A stretch of DNA of 64,000 bases, from assembly GCA_900771365.1 (NCBI GenBank), contig CAAGNU010000113.1:1847-65846 (forward strand), in the 5' to 3' direction. Source of the DNA: Bacteroidales bacterium (GTDB lineage: Bacteria; Bacteroidota; Bacteroidia; Bacteroidales; P3). A program made the position numbers and the translations under genes. Of the stretch, positions 8,853 to 18,354 are shown in pieces (the first letter of the stretch is position 1; each line of letters starts with the position of its first letter). The notes under the pieces are model-generated. The model was not told the DNA's origin and made no database searches. It was given only the letters and a program-made list of their open reading frames with translations.

Positions 8853-11567
8853 TTATTTTCTGCTTTCTTTGATTGCGGCCTGAGCAGCAGCAAGGCGTGC
8901 TAAGGGGACGCGGAAAGGAGAGCAGCTAACGTAGTTGAGGCCTGCATGATAGAAGAACTCCACAGATGCGGGGTCGCCACCATGCTCACCGCAAACACCG
9001 CACTTCAGATTCTCGCGGGTGCTGCGGCCACGCTGCACACCGTATTCCACCAACTGACCGACACCTTCCTGATCGAGGGTGTTGAAGGGGTCTGCGGGGA
9101 TGATCTTCTCATCGACATAGGTTTTAACGATAGCGTTCACATCATCGCGGCTGAAGCCGAGAGTCATCTGAGTGAGGTCGTTGGTACCGAAGCTGAAGAA
9201 CTCGGCAACCTCGGCAATCTTATCGGCGACGAGGGTGGCACGAGGAATCTCAATCATGGTGCCGTACTTGTAGTCGATGGCAACGCCATACTGAGCCTCG
9301 ACCTCGGCCTTAACGCGGTTGGCGATATCCTTCTGATGTTTGAGTTCCTTGATAGTAATGGTAAGAGGAACCATGATTTCGAGGATGGGATTGCAGCCTT
9401 CCTTCATCAGTTCGGCGGTAGCGCTGAAGAGGGCGCGGAACTGCGTCTCGGTGATTTCGGGATAGATGATGCCCAAACGGACGCCACGGAGACCCATCAT
9501 GGGGTTGACCTCATGAAGAGCGTCAATGCGGCGTTTGACCTCCTCAAAGCTCAATCCATGCTTTTCTGCAGCGATGCGCTGTTTCTCTTCGGTCTGAGGA
9601 ACGAACTCGTGCAGAGGAGGATCCATAAGACGGAAGGTGACAGGCTTGCCATCCAGTACCTTGAGGGTGCCCTTGGCACTCTCCTTGATGTAAGGTTCGA
9701 GCTCCTTCAGAGCGACGATGCGCTCCTCAGTGGTGTCGCTCAGAATCATATTGCGGAGCTTCTCAAGAGGCTTCTCGCTATTCTTGCCATAGAACATGTG
9801 CTCGATGCGGAAAAGTCCGATACCTTCGGCGCCAAAGCTGACAGCACGGAGAGCATCATCGGGGTTGTCTGCGTTAGTGCGGACTCCCATGGTACGATTC
9901 TTGTCGACCAGCTTCATGAAATCCTGGAAGAGGGGGTTCTCGGTAGCGTTAATCATCTTAACCTCCTCAGGGTAGACATAGCCCTTAGAGCCGTTCAGAG
10001 CCAGGGTGTCGCCCTCCTTGAACTGATGTCCATCGATGGTCACAATGCCATTCTCTAAATCAATCTTCACAGCATCACAGCCCACGATGCAGCATTTGCC
10101 CCAGCCACGAGCCACAAGAGCAGCGTGGGAGGTCATGCCGCCACGAGCGGTAAGGATACCGTCTGCGGCACGCATACCCTCGACATCCTCGGGATTAGTC
10201 TCTTCGCGAACCAAGATGTTCTGTATCTCAGCAGCAGTATACTCCTTAGCCTTCTCGCTGGTGAGAGCGATAACGCCTACAGCGCCGCCAGGGCCTGCGG
10301 GCAGACCCTTCGCGATAACATCATGCTTCTTCTCGTCATTGCTGTCGAGAATGGGGTGCAGAAGCTCGTCGAGCTGGGCGGGAGATATTCTCATCACCAC
10401 CTCCTGCTCATCAATGAGGCCTTCCTTCAGCATATCAGTTGCCATGGTGAGGGCAGCAACACCAGTACGTTTACCCACGCGGCACTGAAGCATATAGAGC
10501 TTGCGGTCCTGAATGGTGAACTCGATGTCGAGCATATCGTGGAAATTGTTCTCCAAGATAGCGCGGATGTCGCAAAGTTCCTTATAAATATTGGGCATAA
10601 GCTCCTGCAGGGACTGCATGTGCTTGTTCTGTTCATTCTTAGTATCATCGTTCAAAGGATTGGGTGTGCGGATACCGGCCACGACGTCCTCACCTTGAGC
10701 ATTGATGAGCCATTCTCCGTAGAACTGGTTGTCGCCAGTAGCGGGGTTGCGGGTGAAAGCCACACCGGTAGCGCTATTGTCGCCCATATTGCCGAAAACC
10801 ATAGCCTGGACGTTCACAGCAGTGCCCCAATCATCGGGAATGCCCTCAATCTTACGATAGCTGACAGCCTTCTTGCCGTTCCAAGACTTGAACACAGCCT
10901 TGATGCCGCCTTCCATCTGAGCCTTGGCATCATCGGGGAAATCGGCACCGAGCACCTCTTTCACCTTAGCCTTGAAATCCTCAGCCAGCTTCTTAAGGTC
11001 CTCTGCCGTGAGGTCTGTATCGCTCTTATAGCCGTGAGAGGCCTTGTACTCATCGAGCATATCATCCAACTGCTTGCGGATGCCCTTGCCGTCTGCGGGC
11101 TCAATGCCCTCGCTCTTCTCCATGACCACGTCGGCGTACATCATGATGAGGCGGCGATAGGAATCCCAAACAAAACGAGGATTATTCGTCTTCTTCAGCA
11201 TACCAGGGATAGTCTTGCTGGAAAGACCGATATTCAACACCGTGTCCATCATACCCGGCATAGAGCTACGAGCGCCCGAACGGCAGCTGACCAACAGAGG
11301 ATTCTCTGCATCATCGTACTTCATACCCATAATATCCTCGACATTCTTCATAGCCTTCCACACGTCATCCATCAAACCAGCAGGAAGCTGGCAGTTGTTC
11401 TCGTAATAAGCGGTGCAGCACTCAGTCGTAATAGTCAAACCTGCAGGCACGGGGAGGCCCAGCAAGCACATCTCTGCCAAATTGGCGCCTTTACCACCGA
11501 GCAGATTTTTCATGTCTGCTTTTCCCTCAGCAGTCTTATTTCCGAAGGTGTAAACGAATTTGCTCAT
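8853..11567 (-). CDS. ppdK: pyruvate, phosphate dikinase
   Basis: 904 aa. The N-terminus MSKFVYTFGNK...GGKGANLAEM, the central phospho-His domain (GGMTSHAALVARGWGKCCIVGC) and the C-terminal PEP-utilising TIM barrel are all characteristic. Confidence 0.95.
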   Translation of the reverse strand: MSKFVYTFGNKTAEGKADMKNLLGGKGANLAEMCLLGLPVPAGLTITTECCTAYYENNCQLPAGLMDDVWKAMKNVEDIMGMKYDDAENPLLVSCRSGARSSMPGMMDTVLNIGLSSKTIPGMLKKTNNPRFVWDSYRRLIMMYADVVMEKSEGIEPADGKGIRKQLDDMLDEYKASHGYKSDTDLTAEDLKKLAEDFKAKVKEVLGADFPDDAKAQMEGGIKAVFKSWNGKKAVSYRKIEGIPDDWGTAVNVQAMVFGNMGDNSATGVAFTRNPATGDNQFYGEWLINAQGEDVVAGIRTPNPLNDDTKNEQNKHMQSLQELMPNIYKELCDIRAILENNFHDMLDIEFTIQDRKLYMLQCRVGKRTGVAALTMATDMLKEGLIDEQEVVMRISPAQLDELLHPILDSNDEKKHDVIAKGLPAGPGGAVGVIALTSEKAKEYTAAEIQNILVREETNPEDVEGMRAADGILTARGGMTSHAALVARGWGKCCIVGCDAVKIDLENGIVTIDGHQFKEGDTLALNGSKGYVYPEEVKMINATENPLFQDFMKLVDKNRTMGVRTNADNPDDALRAVSFGAEGIGLFRIEHMFYGKNSEKPLEKLRNMILSDTTEERIVALKELEPYIKESAKGTLKVLDGKPVTFRLMDPPLHEFVPQTEEKQRIAAEKHGLSFEEVKRRIDALHEVNPMMGLRGVRLGIIYPEITETQFRALFSATAELMKEGCNPILEIMVPLTITIKELKHQKDIANRVKAEVEAQYGVAIDYKYGTMIEIPRATLVADKIAEVAEFFSFGTNDLTQMTLGFSRDDVNAIVKTYVDEKIIPADPFNTLDQEGVGQLVEYGVQRGRSTRENLKCGVCGEHGGDPASVEFFYHAGLNYVSCSPFRVPLARLAAAQAAIKESRK

Positions 11568-11625
11568 AGTTAAATTTTTAATTATTAATAATATATTTTA
11601 TTTTTATTTTCCGATAATGAAATTG

Positions 11626-11633
11626 CAAAGATA
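11626..11633 (-). promoter_or_regulatory. -7 box (TATCTTTG on minus strand) upstream of ppdK
   Basis: Reverse complement of CAAAGATA, about 59 nt upstream of the ppdK ATG. A long A-tract precedes it. Confidence 0.4.
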
Positions 11634-12426
11634 CAAAAAAAAATCGACATAAAAACAATTATTATGCAAAAACACAAAAAAAACTCATACAACACACTCT
11701 TTCAACACATTACTAAAACACCTAAAGACAACTCAACATAAATCCGCCAATGAGCCGCACCCCTAATCAGTGGACTAACTTTTCCAAACATTGGTTTCGC
11801 ATCACTCTTCGCCACCTTTACCTCCCCTCCTATACCTTCTATCCAACCCTGCGTTCACCAATCACAGATTATGAAAAAGGGAGAAAACTCTACGCGCCTT
11901 CTCCTACTTCAGCAAGAACATTTTGGCTCATTCTTCTCACACTTCAAAATGCGTTAGTTCTGATATTGGAAATCCTGATTTCCATTCATATACATACTAT
12001 TTTCCACATGTCATTCCAAATCCGATTACACAGAAAACTTTCTTAGTGCTCTCTACCAGAAATCGCATAATTTTCACACACCTTTTACCCCCTTCCGCCC
12101 AAGTCATACTTACATAACTATTTTCGAGATTTCAAACATAAAGCGTATGCCGACATTCCCGCTGCCCCCCGTCCCACATTCAACCATCCTTGCATAACTA
12201 TTATGGATATAATATATATTTATACGGCTGTAGGCATCTTCCATGGGCTGTGAAGTCTAACATGAAATACGGATTTGCTCAATTATAGTTCATCTCCTTC
12301 CATCATAACGGACAGATTTCCGAAACGACAGCTTTGCTACGACAAGAGAGCTTACCTTCAGCACAACAAAAACGGCTCGAAAGACAACCTCCCCGACATT
12401 CTCTGCGCCTCGGCATAGCCAAAGTT

Positions 12427-12548
12427 GAAATGTTAAAATCAAGGTGCACGGGAAGCGAAAAAGGGCTCATAGAAGCTCCGCTGTAGCTTCGCCCCACCTT
12501 CGCTCTGCCTCCGCTCGCAGGGTGGAGCATGAGAAATGTTAAAATGGA
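12427..12548 (-). repeat. About 120-bp intergenic repeat element, copy 1 (inverted relative to the copy at 26788-26910)
   Basis: Terminal 12-mer GAAATGTTAAAA at both ends. Internal GC hairpin CGCTCGCAGGGTGGAGC paired with GCTCCACC..GGTGGAGC. About 75-80% identity to copy 2 when reverse-complemented. Confidence 0.5.
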
Positions 12549-12840
12549 ACTTTGGCAAAGATGCAGCAACCCATCGAAGAATGATGGTCGGATGATGCTC
12601 GACAAACCTTCTCTCTTTGGGGTGAACGGCCTCGGTGAGGCAAAGCCCTGTAGCTAGTCGCAGAGCAATACAGCGCCTTTGCCGCAAGCCTCCTTTTAGT
12701 CTTATATTCACCCATAGTGCATATCCGCCAAGAACCAATTATACGATTTTGAATTTTGCCTTTTAGCAGACACTCACTATATATATGAAAAAAGGGCTCC
12801 GAGAGGAGCCCCTATATACATTGATTCTGGGTTTTCAAAA

Positions 12841-14280
12841 TCAAGGATTCTCCTTGGCTCCGACAGAGGTGATGATGATCTGTATCTTCACAAACTCCTC
12901 GTCTTTCTGTTTCTTGGTATCGAAAGCGGCTGTTGCAGCACGTTTGATGTCCGTGGGAGTCATGCCTGAGGTTTTGATATTGTCTGCAGGGATGCCGTTC
13001 TTGACAAAGAACTCCTTGACAGACTTTGCACGTTCAAGAGAGACAAGCTGGTCGTGCTCGGCCTCAACGCCATAGGTCTGCACAAAGCCCTTAATGGTGA
13101 AGCAGACATCGGGATGGTTCTTGAACATCTGCACATAGTTCATCAGCGTAGTATCGGAGGCGTGGAGCAACTTGTACTCATCCTCGAAATAGACATCGGT
13201 GATGGGGTAGATGGTACCGCGTTCGGCACGGTTCATCTTGATGCGCATCATGGTGTCCTCTTTGAAACGGTCGGCGTTGAAATCCAAATAGACGGAGAAA
13301 TAGCCTTCACGCTTTGCGTAAAGCGTATAATTGAAGCCGGGGACGAACTTCACATGGCCGCTTCTGAAGTGCTCGTTCTGCACAACGACACGGTTGTTGG
13401 TGTTTTTCTCAAGAATGGTGAGGTTGACATCAACGTTCTTCTTGGCCTTAGGATCGTAGAAAGAGAGAGGAACATCGAAAGCGTCAACATGGATGGTAAC
13501 CTTGATGCTGTGACCTGCGCCCTTGGCTGTCAAGTTGTCGAGCATGATATAATAGACCTCGTTCTTGCGGACATCGATAGAGCGGATGTGGCGGCCCTTG
13601 GATGCCTTGGTGAGCATAATATCGGTAGCCTCGTGGTACATACCAATAGTGCCCATTTCAGCAGCCTTCTCTCTTTCAAGACGTGCCTGAGTGGCGGCAG
13701 CCTGCTTGGCCTTCAAGTCGGCTTTAGCATCACCTGTGGGTTCGGGAGGAGTAGGCTTAGCGGGCTTCTTCGCAACAGCGGAATCCACAGAGGCAAGGTT
13801 GACGGCCACAGGGAGGACCTTGTTGCTCTGGATGTGGTTGGAGAAATAGACATCCGTGTATCTATAAACCAACATGTCGTAGTCGTCTAATAAATTCTGC
13901 TGGGTGACGGCGATGTCGAGTTTTCCGTTATAGGGAACGGTGAATTTGTACCAAACGACATTGTGTTCAAATTCGGGGAGGTTGGGATGGCGATGGTCAG
14001 CCATAACTTCCATGATTCGGCCTGCGCCCTGAGGTGCTGTAGTGGGGCCATAAGTGACATCGCAACTGATGGGGACAGCAAAAATGCAATCGTTGCTGTT
14101 GTAGGGCAGCTGTGTGAGCTGGATGGTGGGTTCTTCTTTACCCTTTTTACCCTTCTTGTTCTTCTTTGACTTGCTATTTTTCGAAGATTTGGAACTACTT
14201 GAACTCTTGCTCTGAGCTTGGACATCGCAATAGCCAAATATCAAAGTACAAGCGAGTAAGGCAATCAAAAAGCGTTTCAT
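12841..14280 (-). CDS. OmpA-family protein (C-terminal OmpA/MotB peptidoglycan-binding domain, Lys-rich N-terminal region)
   Basis: 479 aa. It has a signal peptide and a low-complexity SKSSSSSKSSKNSKSKKNKKGKKGK tract. The C-terminal block …NYVQMFKNHPDVCFTIKGFVQTYG…LSLERAKSVKEFFVKNGIPADNI matches the OmpA-like domain. Confidence 0.8.
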   Translation of the reverse strand: MKRFLIALLACTLIFGYCDVQAQSKSSSSSKSSKNSKSKKNKKGKKGKEEPTIQLTQLPYNSNDCIFAVPISCDVTYGPTTAPQGAGRIMEVMADHRHPNLPEFEHNVVWYKFTVPYNGKLDIAVTQQNLLDDYDMLVYRYTDVYFSNHIQSNKVLPVAVNLASVDSAVAKKPAKPTPPEPTGDAKADLKAKQAAATQARLEREKAAEMGTIGMYHEATDIMLTKASKGRHIRSIDVRKNEVYYIMLDNLTAKGAGHSIKVTIHVDAFDVPLSFYDPKAKKNVDVNLTILEKNTNNRVVVQNEHFRSGHVKFVPGFNYTLYAKREGYFSVYLDFNADRFKEDTMMRIKMNRAERGTIYPITDVYFEDEYKLLHASDTTLMNYVQMFKNHPDVCFTIKGFVQTYGVEAEHDQLVSLERAKSVKEFFVKNGIPADNIKTSGMTPTDIKRAATAAFDTKKQKDEEFVKIQIIITSVGAKENP

Positions 14281-14496
14281 AAGTATCTATCTATATTAAA
14301 TTTCTAACATTTTTTGGATTGGCAAAAATACGACTTTTTTTTGAATAAAAGAACTTTTTTCATCAAAAAGTTAAAAAAAATATTCACACAGCCCTTTTTT
14401 AAGAACTCAAAAAGGCTCCATTTCGAGGCGAAAAGGAACCTTTTTGAGACTTGCATTCAACTCGAGAAGGAGGGGTCTCGGAAGTTGAAAAGGCGG

Positions 14497-16590
14497 TTAT
14501 TTCTTCAGATACGTATCAAACCAGTCGATAAAGTTGCGATGCCAAAGAATGCTGTTCTGGGGATGGAGGACCCAGTGGGTCTCATCAGGGAAATAGAGAT
14601 AGCGAGCATCCAGGCCACGGAGCTTGGCAGCATTATAGGCAGCCATGCCCTGAGAAGCAACGATACGGAAGTCGAACTCACTATGGACTACGCAGATAGG
14701 CGTATTCCATTTATCAACAAAAAGGTGGGGAGAGTTGGCGTATGAATGGGCCGTCTTGGCATTCTTTTCCCAGTATGGGCCGCCAAGGTCCCAATTAGTG
14801 AACCAGTACTCCTCAGTCTCAAGGCATTGTTGCTGGAAGTTGAACATGCCGTTGTGGGCGAGGAAGGCCTTGAAGCGATGATTCTCGTTATGGCCGGCAA
14901 GCCAATAGATGCTGTAGGCACCGAAAGAGGCTCCGCAAGCGCCGATACGTTCTGCGTCAATCTGCGGCATATTCTGAGCGAAATAATCGGTAGCACTCAT
15001 ATAATCCTTCATGCAGAGTCCGCCGTAATCACCGCTGATTTCCTCGCACCATTCCGTGCCGAAGCCAGGACATCCACGACGGTTGGGGGCGATAACGAAA
15101 TAGCCTGCGCCACTCATGACTTCAAAGTTCCAGCGTGTGCTCCAGAACTGGCTGACCATGCTCTGCGGGCCGCCTTCACAGAAGAGAAGTGCGGGATAGG
15201 TCTTGGTACTGTCATAATCGTATGGATAAATCAGCCATACGAGCATATCCTTGCCGTCCACAGTCTTAATCCAATGTTCTTCAGTCTTGCCCATGCGGAC
15301 TTTGGAGAGAACCTCTTTGTTAATCTCGGTCACCTGGGTACCCTTCTGCATGGTGTCGTTCATAGCATAATGGAAGACCTCGGAGGGATGCTGGATGCTG
15401 ACCTCGTTGGCGTAGATATCATTACCGTTCAGGCAGAAGCCGTTGATGTCGTGGTAGTCTTTCGTGACCTGGCGGATGGCCTTGGTTTCCACATCAAAGG
15501 AGAAGATTTCATTCATGCCGCGATACATCACAACAGCAAGCAGCTGTTTGTCATCGTTACTCCAGTTAATGCCACTCACACCATAGTCGAAATCGGCAGT
15601 ATAGTCGGTCTTCTCGCCCGTCTCGAAATCATAGACCATCAGGCGCAGTTTGTCGCTCTCATAGCCGTCGCGTTCCATGCTTTCCCAGGCGATCTTCTTG
15701 CCATCATGGCTGAATACGGGGTTCTGGTCGTAACCCATGATGCCTTCGCTAATATTGACGGTCTGGCCGCTAACGATCGTGTACACATAGATGTCGCTGT
15801 TGGTGCTGAGGGCATATTCTTTCCCGACCTTTTTGCGGCAAGTGTAAGCAATACGGGTGCCATCTTGGGAGAAGTTGTACTGCTCCACGCCGCCCCAAGG
15901 ACGCATCGGGCACTCAAATGGCTCTCTTCCGATGATGTCTACAGCATTTTCAACATCAACCAAACCTTTTTGGAAAGAAGCGAGATAGATATGAGGATAC
16001 TCATCTACCCACTGATCCCAATGGCGATACATCAAGTCTTCATTGATGCGGCCCGTGGTCTTATCAAGGCCTGCGTAAAGTTTGTTCAAGTTATCGGGAC
16101 GCTGCACAGGGAGATCGCTGATGTAGACAATCTGGCTGCCATCTGGCGAGACCTTGAAGCCTTCGAGACCAGCCTCTATAGTGGCCACAACAGTCTCTGC
16201 CTGATTCTTCAAGCTCAGCGAGACAATCTCGTTCCCACGCGCAAAAAGGATGGTTTCCTCATTAAGCCACACGGGGTTGAACTCGCTCTGTGCCGTGTTG
16301 GTGAGACGCATGGCGGGGAGGTTCGAGCCAAGTTCCTGCAAATAGAGCTCTGCATTGCCCTTGTTCTGGGCAATATCATAATAAGTGTTGGCATAAAGAA
16401 GCTGCTTGCCGCTCGGGCTGACAGCAAACTCCCCCATTTTGCCAAGTTTCCACATAACTTCGGGCGTGAAGCGGCCGTTCTCGACCACGACATCGGGCTT
16501 CCCGATTAATTCTTCTTCCACAGGCTGGCTCTTTTTACAACCAACCACTAAGAGCATGGCCGAAGCCAAAAGGATTAATGTTTTTTTCAT
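14497..16590 (-). CDS. S9-family serine peptidase (prolyl oligopeptidase / acylaminoacyl-peptidase type, N-terminal beta-propeller)
   Basis: 697 aa. It has a lipoprotein-type signal (LLVVGCKK), WD40/TolB-like propeller repeats, and a C-terminal hydrolase with a GASFGAY nucleophile motif. Confidence 0.85.
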   Translation of the reverse strand: MKKTLILLASAMLLVVGCKKSQPVEEELIGKPDVVVENGRFTPEVMWKLGKMGEFAVSPSGKQLLYANTYYDIAQNKGNAELYLQELGSNLPAMRLTNTAQSEFNPVWLNEETILFARGNEIVSLSLKNQAETVVATIEAGLEGFKVSPDGSQIVYISDLPVQRPDNLNKLYAGLDKTTGRINEDLMYRHWDQWVDEYPHIYLASFQKGLVDVENAVDIIGREPFECPMRPWGGVEQYNFSQDGTRIAYTCRKKVGKEYALSTNSDIYVYTIVSGQTVNISEGIMGYDQNPVFSHDGKKIAWESMERDGYESDKLRLMVYDFETGEKTDYTADFDYGVSGINWSNDDKQLLAVVMYRGMNEIFSFDVETKAIRQVTKDYHDINGFCLNGNDIYANEVSIQHPSEVFHYAMNDTMQKGTQVTEINKEVLSKVRMGKTEEHWIKTVDGKDMLVWLIYPYDYDSTKTYPALLFCEGGPQSMVSQFWSTRWNFEVMSGAGYFVIAPNRRGCPGFGTEWCEEISGDYGGLCMKDYMSATDYFAQNMPQIDAERIGACGASFGAYSIYWLAGHNENHRFKAFLAHNGMFNFQQQCLETEEYWFTNWDLGGPYWEKNAKTAHSYANSPHLFVDKWNTPICVVHSEFDFRIVASQGMAAYNAAKLRGLDARYLYFPDETHWVLHPQNSILWHRNFIDWFDTYLKK

Positions 16591-16704
16591 ATATTACACA
16601 TTTTCATATTGTACGATGATATCTAAAACAAGTTTCTATTTTGCAAAATTACAACTTTTTTCGATATCGACAAAAAAAACTTATACTAATCCACAAAAAA
16701 ATAG

Positions 16705-16712
16705 TATTTTTG
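16705..16712 (+). promoter_or_regulatory. -7 box (TATTTTTG) upstream of nrnA
   Basis: TAnnTTTG match about 33 nt upstream of the ATG at 16745. Confidence 0.4.
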
Positions 16713-16744
16713 CATTTTGAAAAGAAGCGAAAATTTGTCAGAAA

Positions 16745-17800
16745 ATGGACGCGAAAGTATTTAATAATCAACATATAGAGACATTCCGCAGGTGGGTTGA
16801 AGAAGCCCATCATATTGTATTACTTTCGCACATGAATGCTGACGGAGACGCTTGTGGAAGCGTTTTGGGCCTGGCCAAACAGCTCGATTTCGCCGCCCCG
16901 GCAGCAAAAAACATCACCCCGATACTCCCTAACGGATGCCCACGCACATTCACTTGGCTGCCTGGTAGTGAACGCATCCTCTCTGGTGAAACACAGCTCG
17001 AACTCTGCCTCCAAAAGATTGCCGAAGCCGACCTACTCATCTGCATGGACCTGAACACAGCTTCGCGTACCGACTTCTTGCAAGACGCCATCCTTGAGGC
17101 CAAATGCCACAAAGTCCTCATCGACCATCACAAGAATCCAGCCACGGACCAGTTCGACATTATCTTTTCCGACGATATCTCCAGCACCTGCGAGCTGACC
17201 TTATGGGTCTCGCAAGCACTATGGGGCAAAAAATACTTCAATACCGACATGGCACGCTGCCTCTATACGGGACTACGTACCGATACGGGCGGATTCGCCT
17301 TCAGCTGCGACCAACCCAGCTGCTTCGAGGCCGCCGCAATACTTGTCTCCTACGACATCAATCCAGCCGATATACACAACCACATTGTCAACACCTTCAG
17401 TTTTGACCGTATGCGTTTCTACGGATTCGCCCTCAGCCAGCGCCTGCGAATCTACAGCGAAGCTAGGACGGCGATACTCTACTTCTCCCTCGACGACCAA
17501 AAACGCTTCGGCGTAGGTGGCGAGGACATGGAGGGGTTGGTCAACTACACCCTTATGATGACTGATATCGAGGTGGGCGTACTGCTACGAGAAGAGAGCA
17601 ACCGCACCAAAGTCTCCTTCCGCTCAAAATATAATGTGGACGTGAACCTTCTGGCTCAAAAACTTGGAGGAGGCGGACACACCAAGGCCGCAGGCGCCAC
17701 ATGCGTGATGTCTTTCGACGAGGCTCTCGCTCAAACCGAGAAACTCCTCGGCATCCACGGTCTCGACCCCCTTAAATTTAATGAAACCCATGAGAAGTAA
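16745..17800 (+). CDS. nrnA: DHH/DHHA1 phosphoesterase (bifunctional oligoribonuclease / pAp phosphatase NrnA-like)
   Basis: 351 aa. Carries the DHH motif (SHMNADGDACGS…LIDHHKNP) and the DHHA1 GGGH motif (KLGGGGHTKAAGA). Confidence 0.8.
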   Translation: MDAKVFNNQHIETFRRWVEEAHHIVLLSHMNADGDACGSVLGLAKQLDFAAPAAKNITPILPNGCPRTFTWLPGSERILSGETQLELCLQKIAEADLLICMDLNTASRTDFLQDAILEAKCHKVLIDHHKNPATDQFDIIFSDDISSTCELTLWVSQALWGKKYFNTDMARCLYTGLRTDTGGFAFSCDQPSCFEAAAILVSYDINPADIHNHIVNTFSFDRMRFYGFALSQRLRIYSEARTAILYFSLDDQKRFGVGGEDMEGLVNYTLMMTDIEVGVLLREESNRTKVSFRSKYNVDVNLLAQKLGGGGHTKAAGATCVMSFDEALAQTEKLLGIHGLDPLKFNETHEK

Positions 17801-18323
17801 TCACCATATAGCAACCATCCTTGCCGCAAGCATGCTGCTCCTCTTTGCCTCTTGCCGGGACAGGACGCCCATTGTGGACATCCAGCCCGAGAACAGCACC
17901 CTTGTGAAAGAGAACATGATTAATGCCAATCATGTTGTCATTCAATCGGAGAGCACACAGATTGACGGATACGTACAGCGTCGCGGATGGAACGTCACCC
18001 CGCTTTCCTCGGGCGCCCGCTACTGGGAATATACTTCAGGGGAAGGTGATGCTATCAACCCCGACGACAGAGTGGTGGTCACATATCGACTAGAAACGTT
18101 AGATGGCTCCCCCATCTATACACACCAAGTTGACACACTTGATGTTGGGCGCCAGCAGGCAACTGTGGCTTTAGACGACCTCCTCCTGCATCTCCACTAC
18201 GGAAGCCAAGCATGGCTTATCGCCCCCTCCAACAGTGCATACGGCGTGGTTGGAGACGGAGATCGAGTGCCCTCCAGAACTGTGATAATATATAATGTAA
18301 CAAATATTAAAAAGTTAAAGTAA
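17781..18323 (+). CDS. lipoprotein with FKBP-like domain (putative)
   Basis: 180 aa with a lipobox-like N-terminus (LLLFASC). The weak FKBP-like signature DDRVVVTYRLETLDGSPI…AYG supports the call. It overlaps the nrnA end by 20 nt. Confidence 0.45.
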   Translation: MKPMRSNHHIATILAASMLLLFASCRDRTPIVDIQPENSTLVKENMINANHVVIQSESTQIDGYVQRRGWNVTPLSSGARYWEYTSGEGDAINPDDRVVVTYRLETLDGSPIYTHQVDTLDVGRQQATVALDDLLLHLHYGSQAWLIAPSNSAYGVVGDGDRVPSRTVIIYNVTNIKKLK

Positions 18324-18354
18324 AGAATAATAAAATAACAATTAAAAAAAAATC

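Noticed and set aside
7533-11573. Long antisense ORFs opposite pckA (7533-8702) and ppdK (8946-10058, 10036-10488, 10125-11573)
   Set aside because: pckA and ppdK are unambiguous. The antisense frames stay open only because of high GC and codon bias.
11750-12738. ORFs in the 1.27-kb gene desert (11750-12046, 11923-12117, 12303-12605, 12439-12738)
   Set aside because: Pro/Ser/Leu-rich low-complexity translations. They overlap the repeat element. No ribosome-binding or promoter context.
14746-16509. 587-aa plus-strand ORF antisense to the S9 peptidase gene 14497-16590
   Set aside because: Shadow ORF. The minus-strand frame has a signal peptide, propeller repeats and a GxSxG motif.
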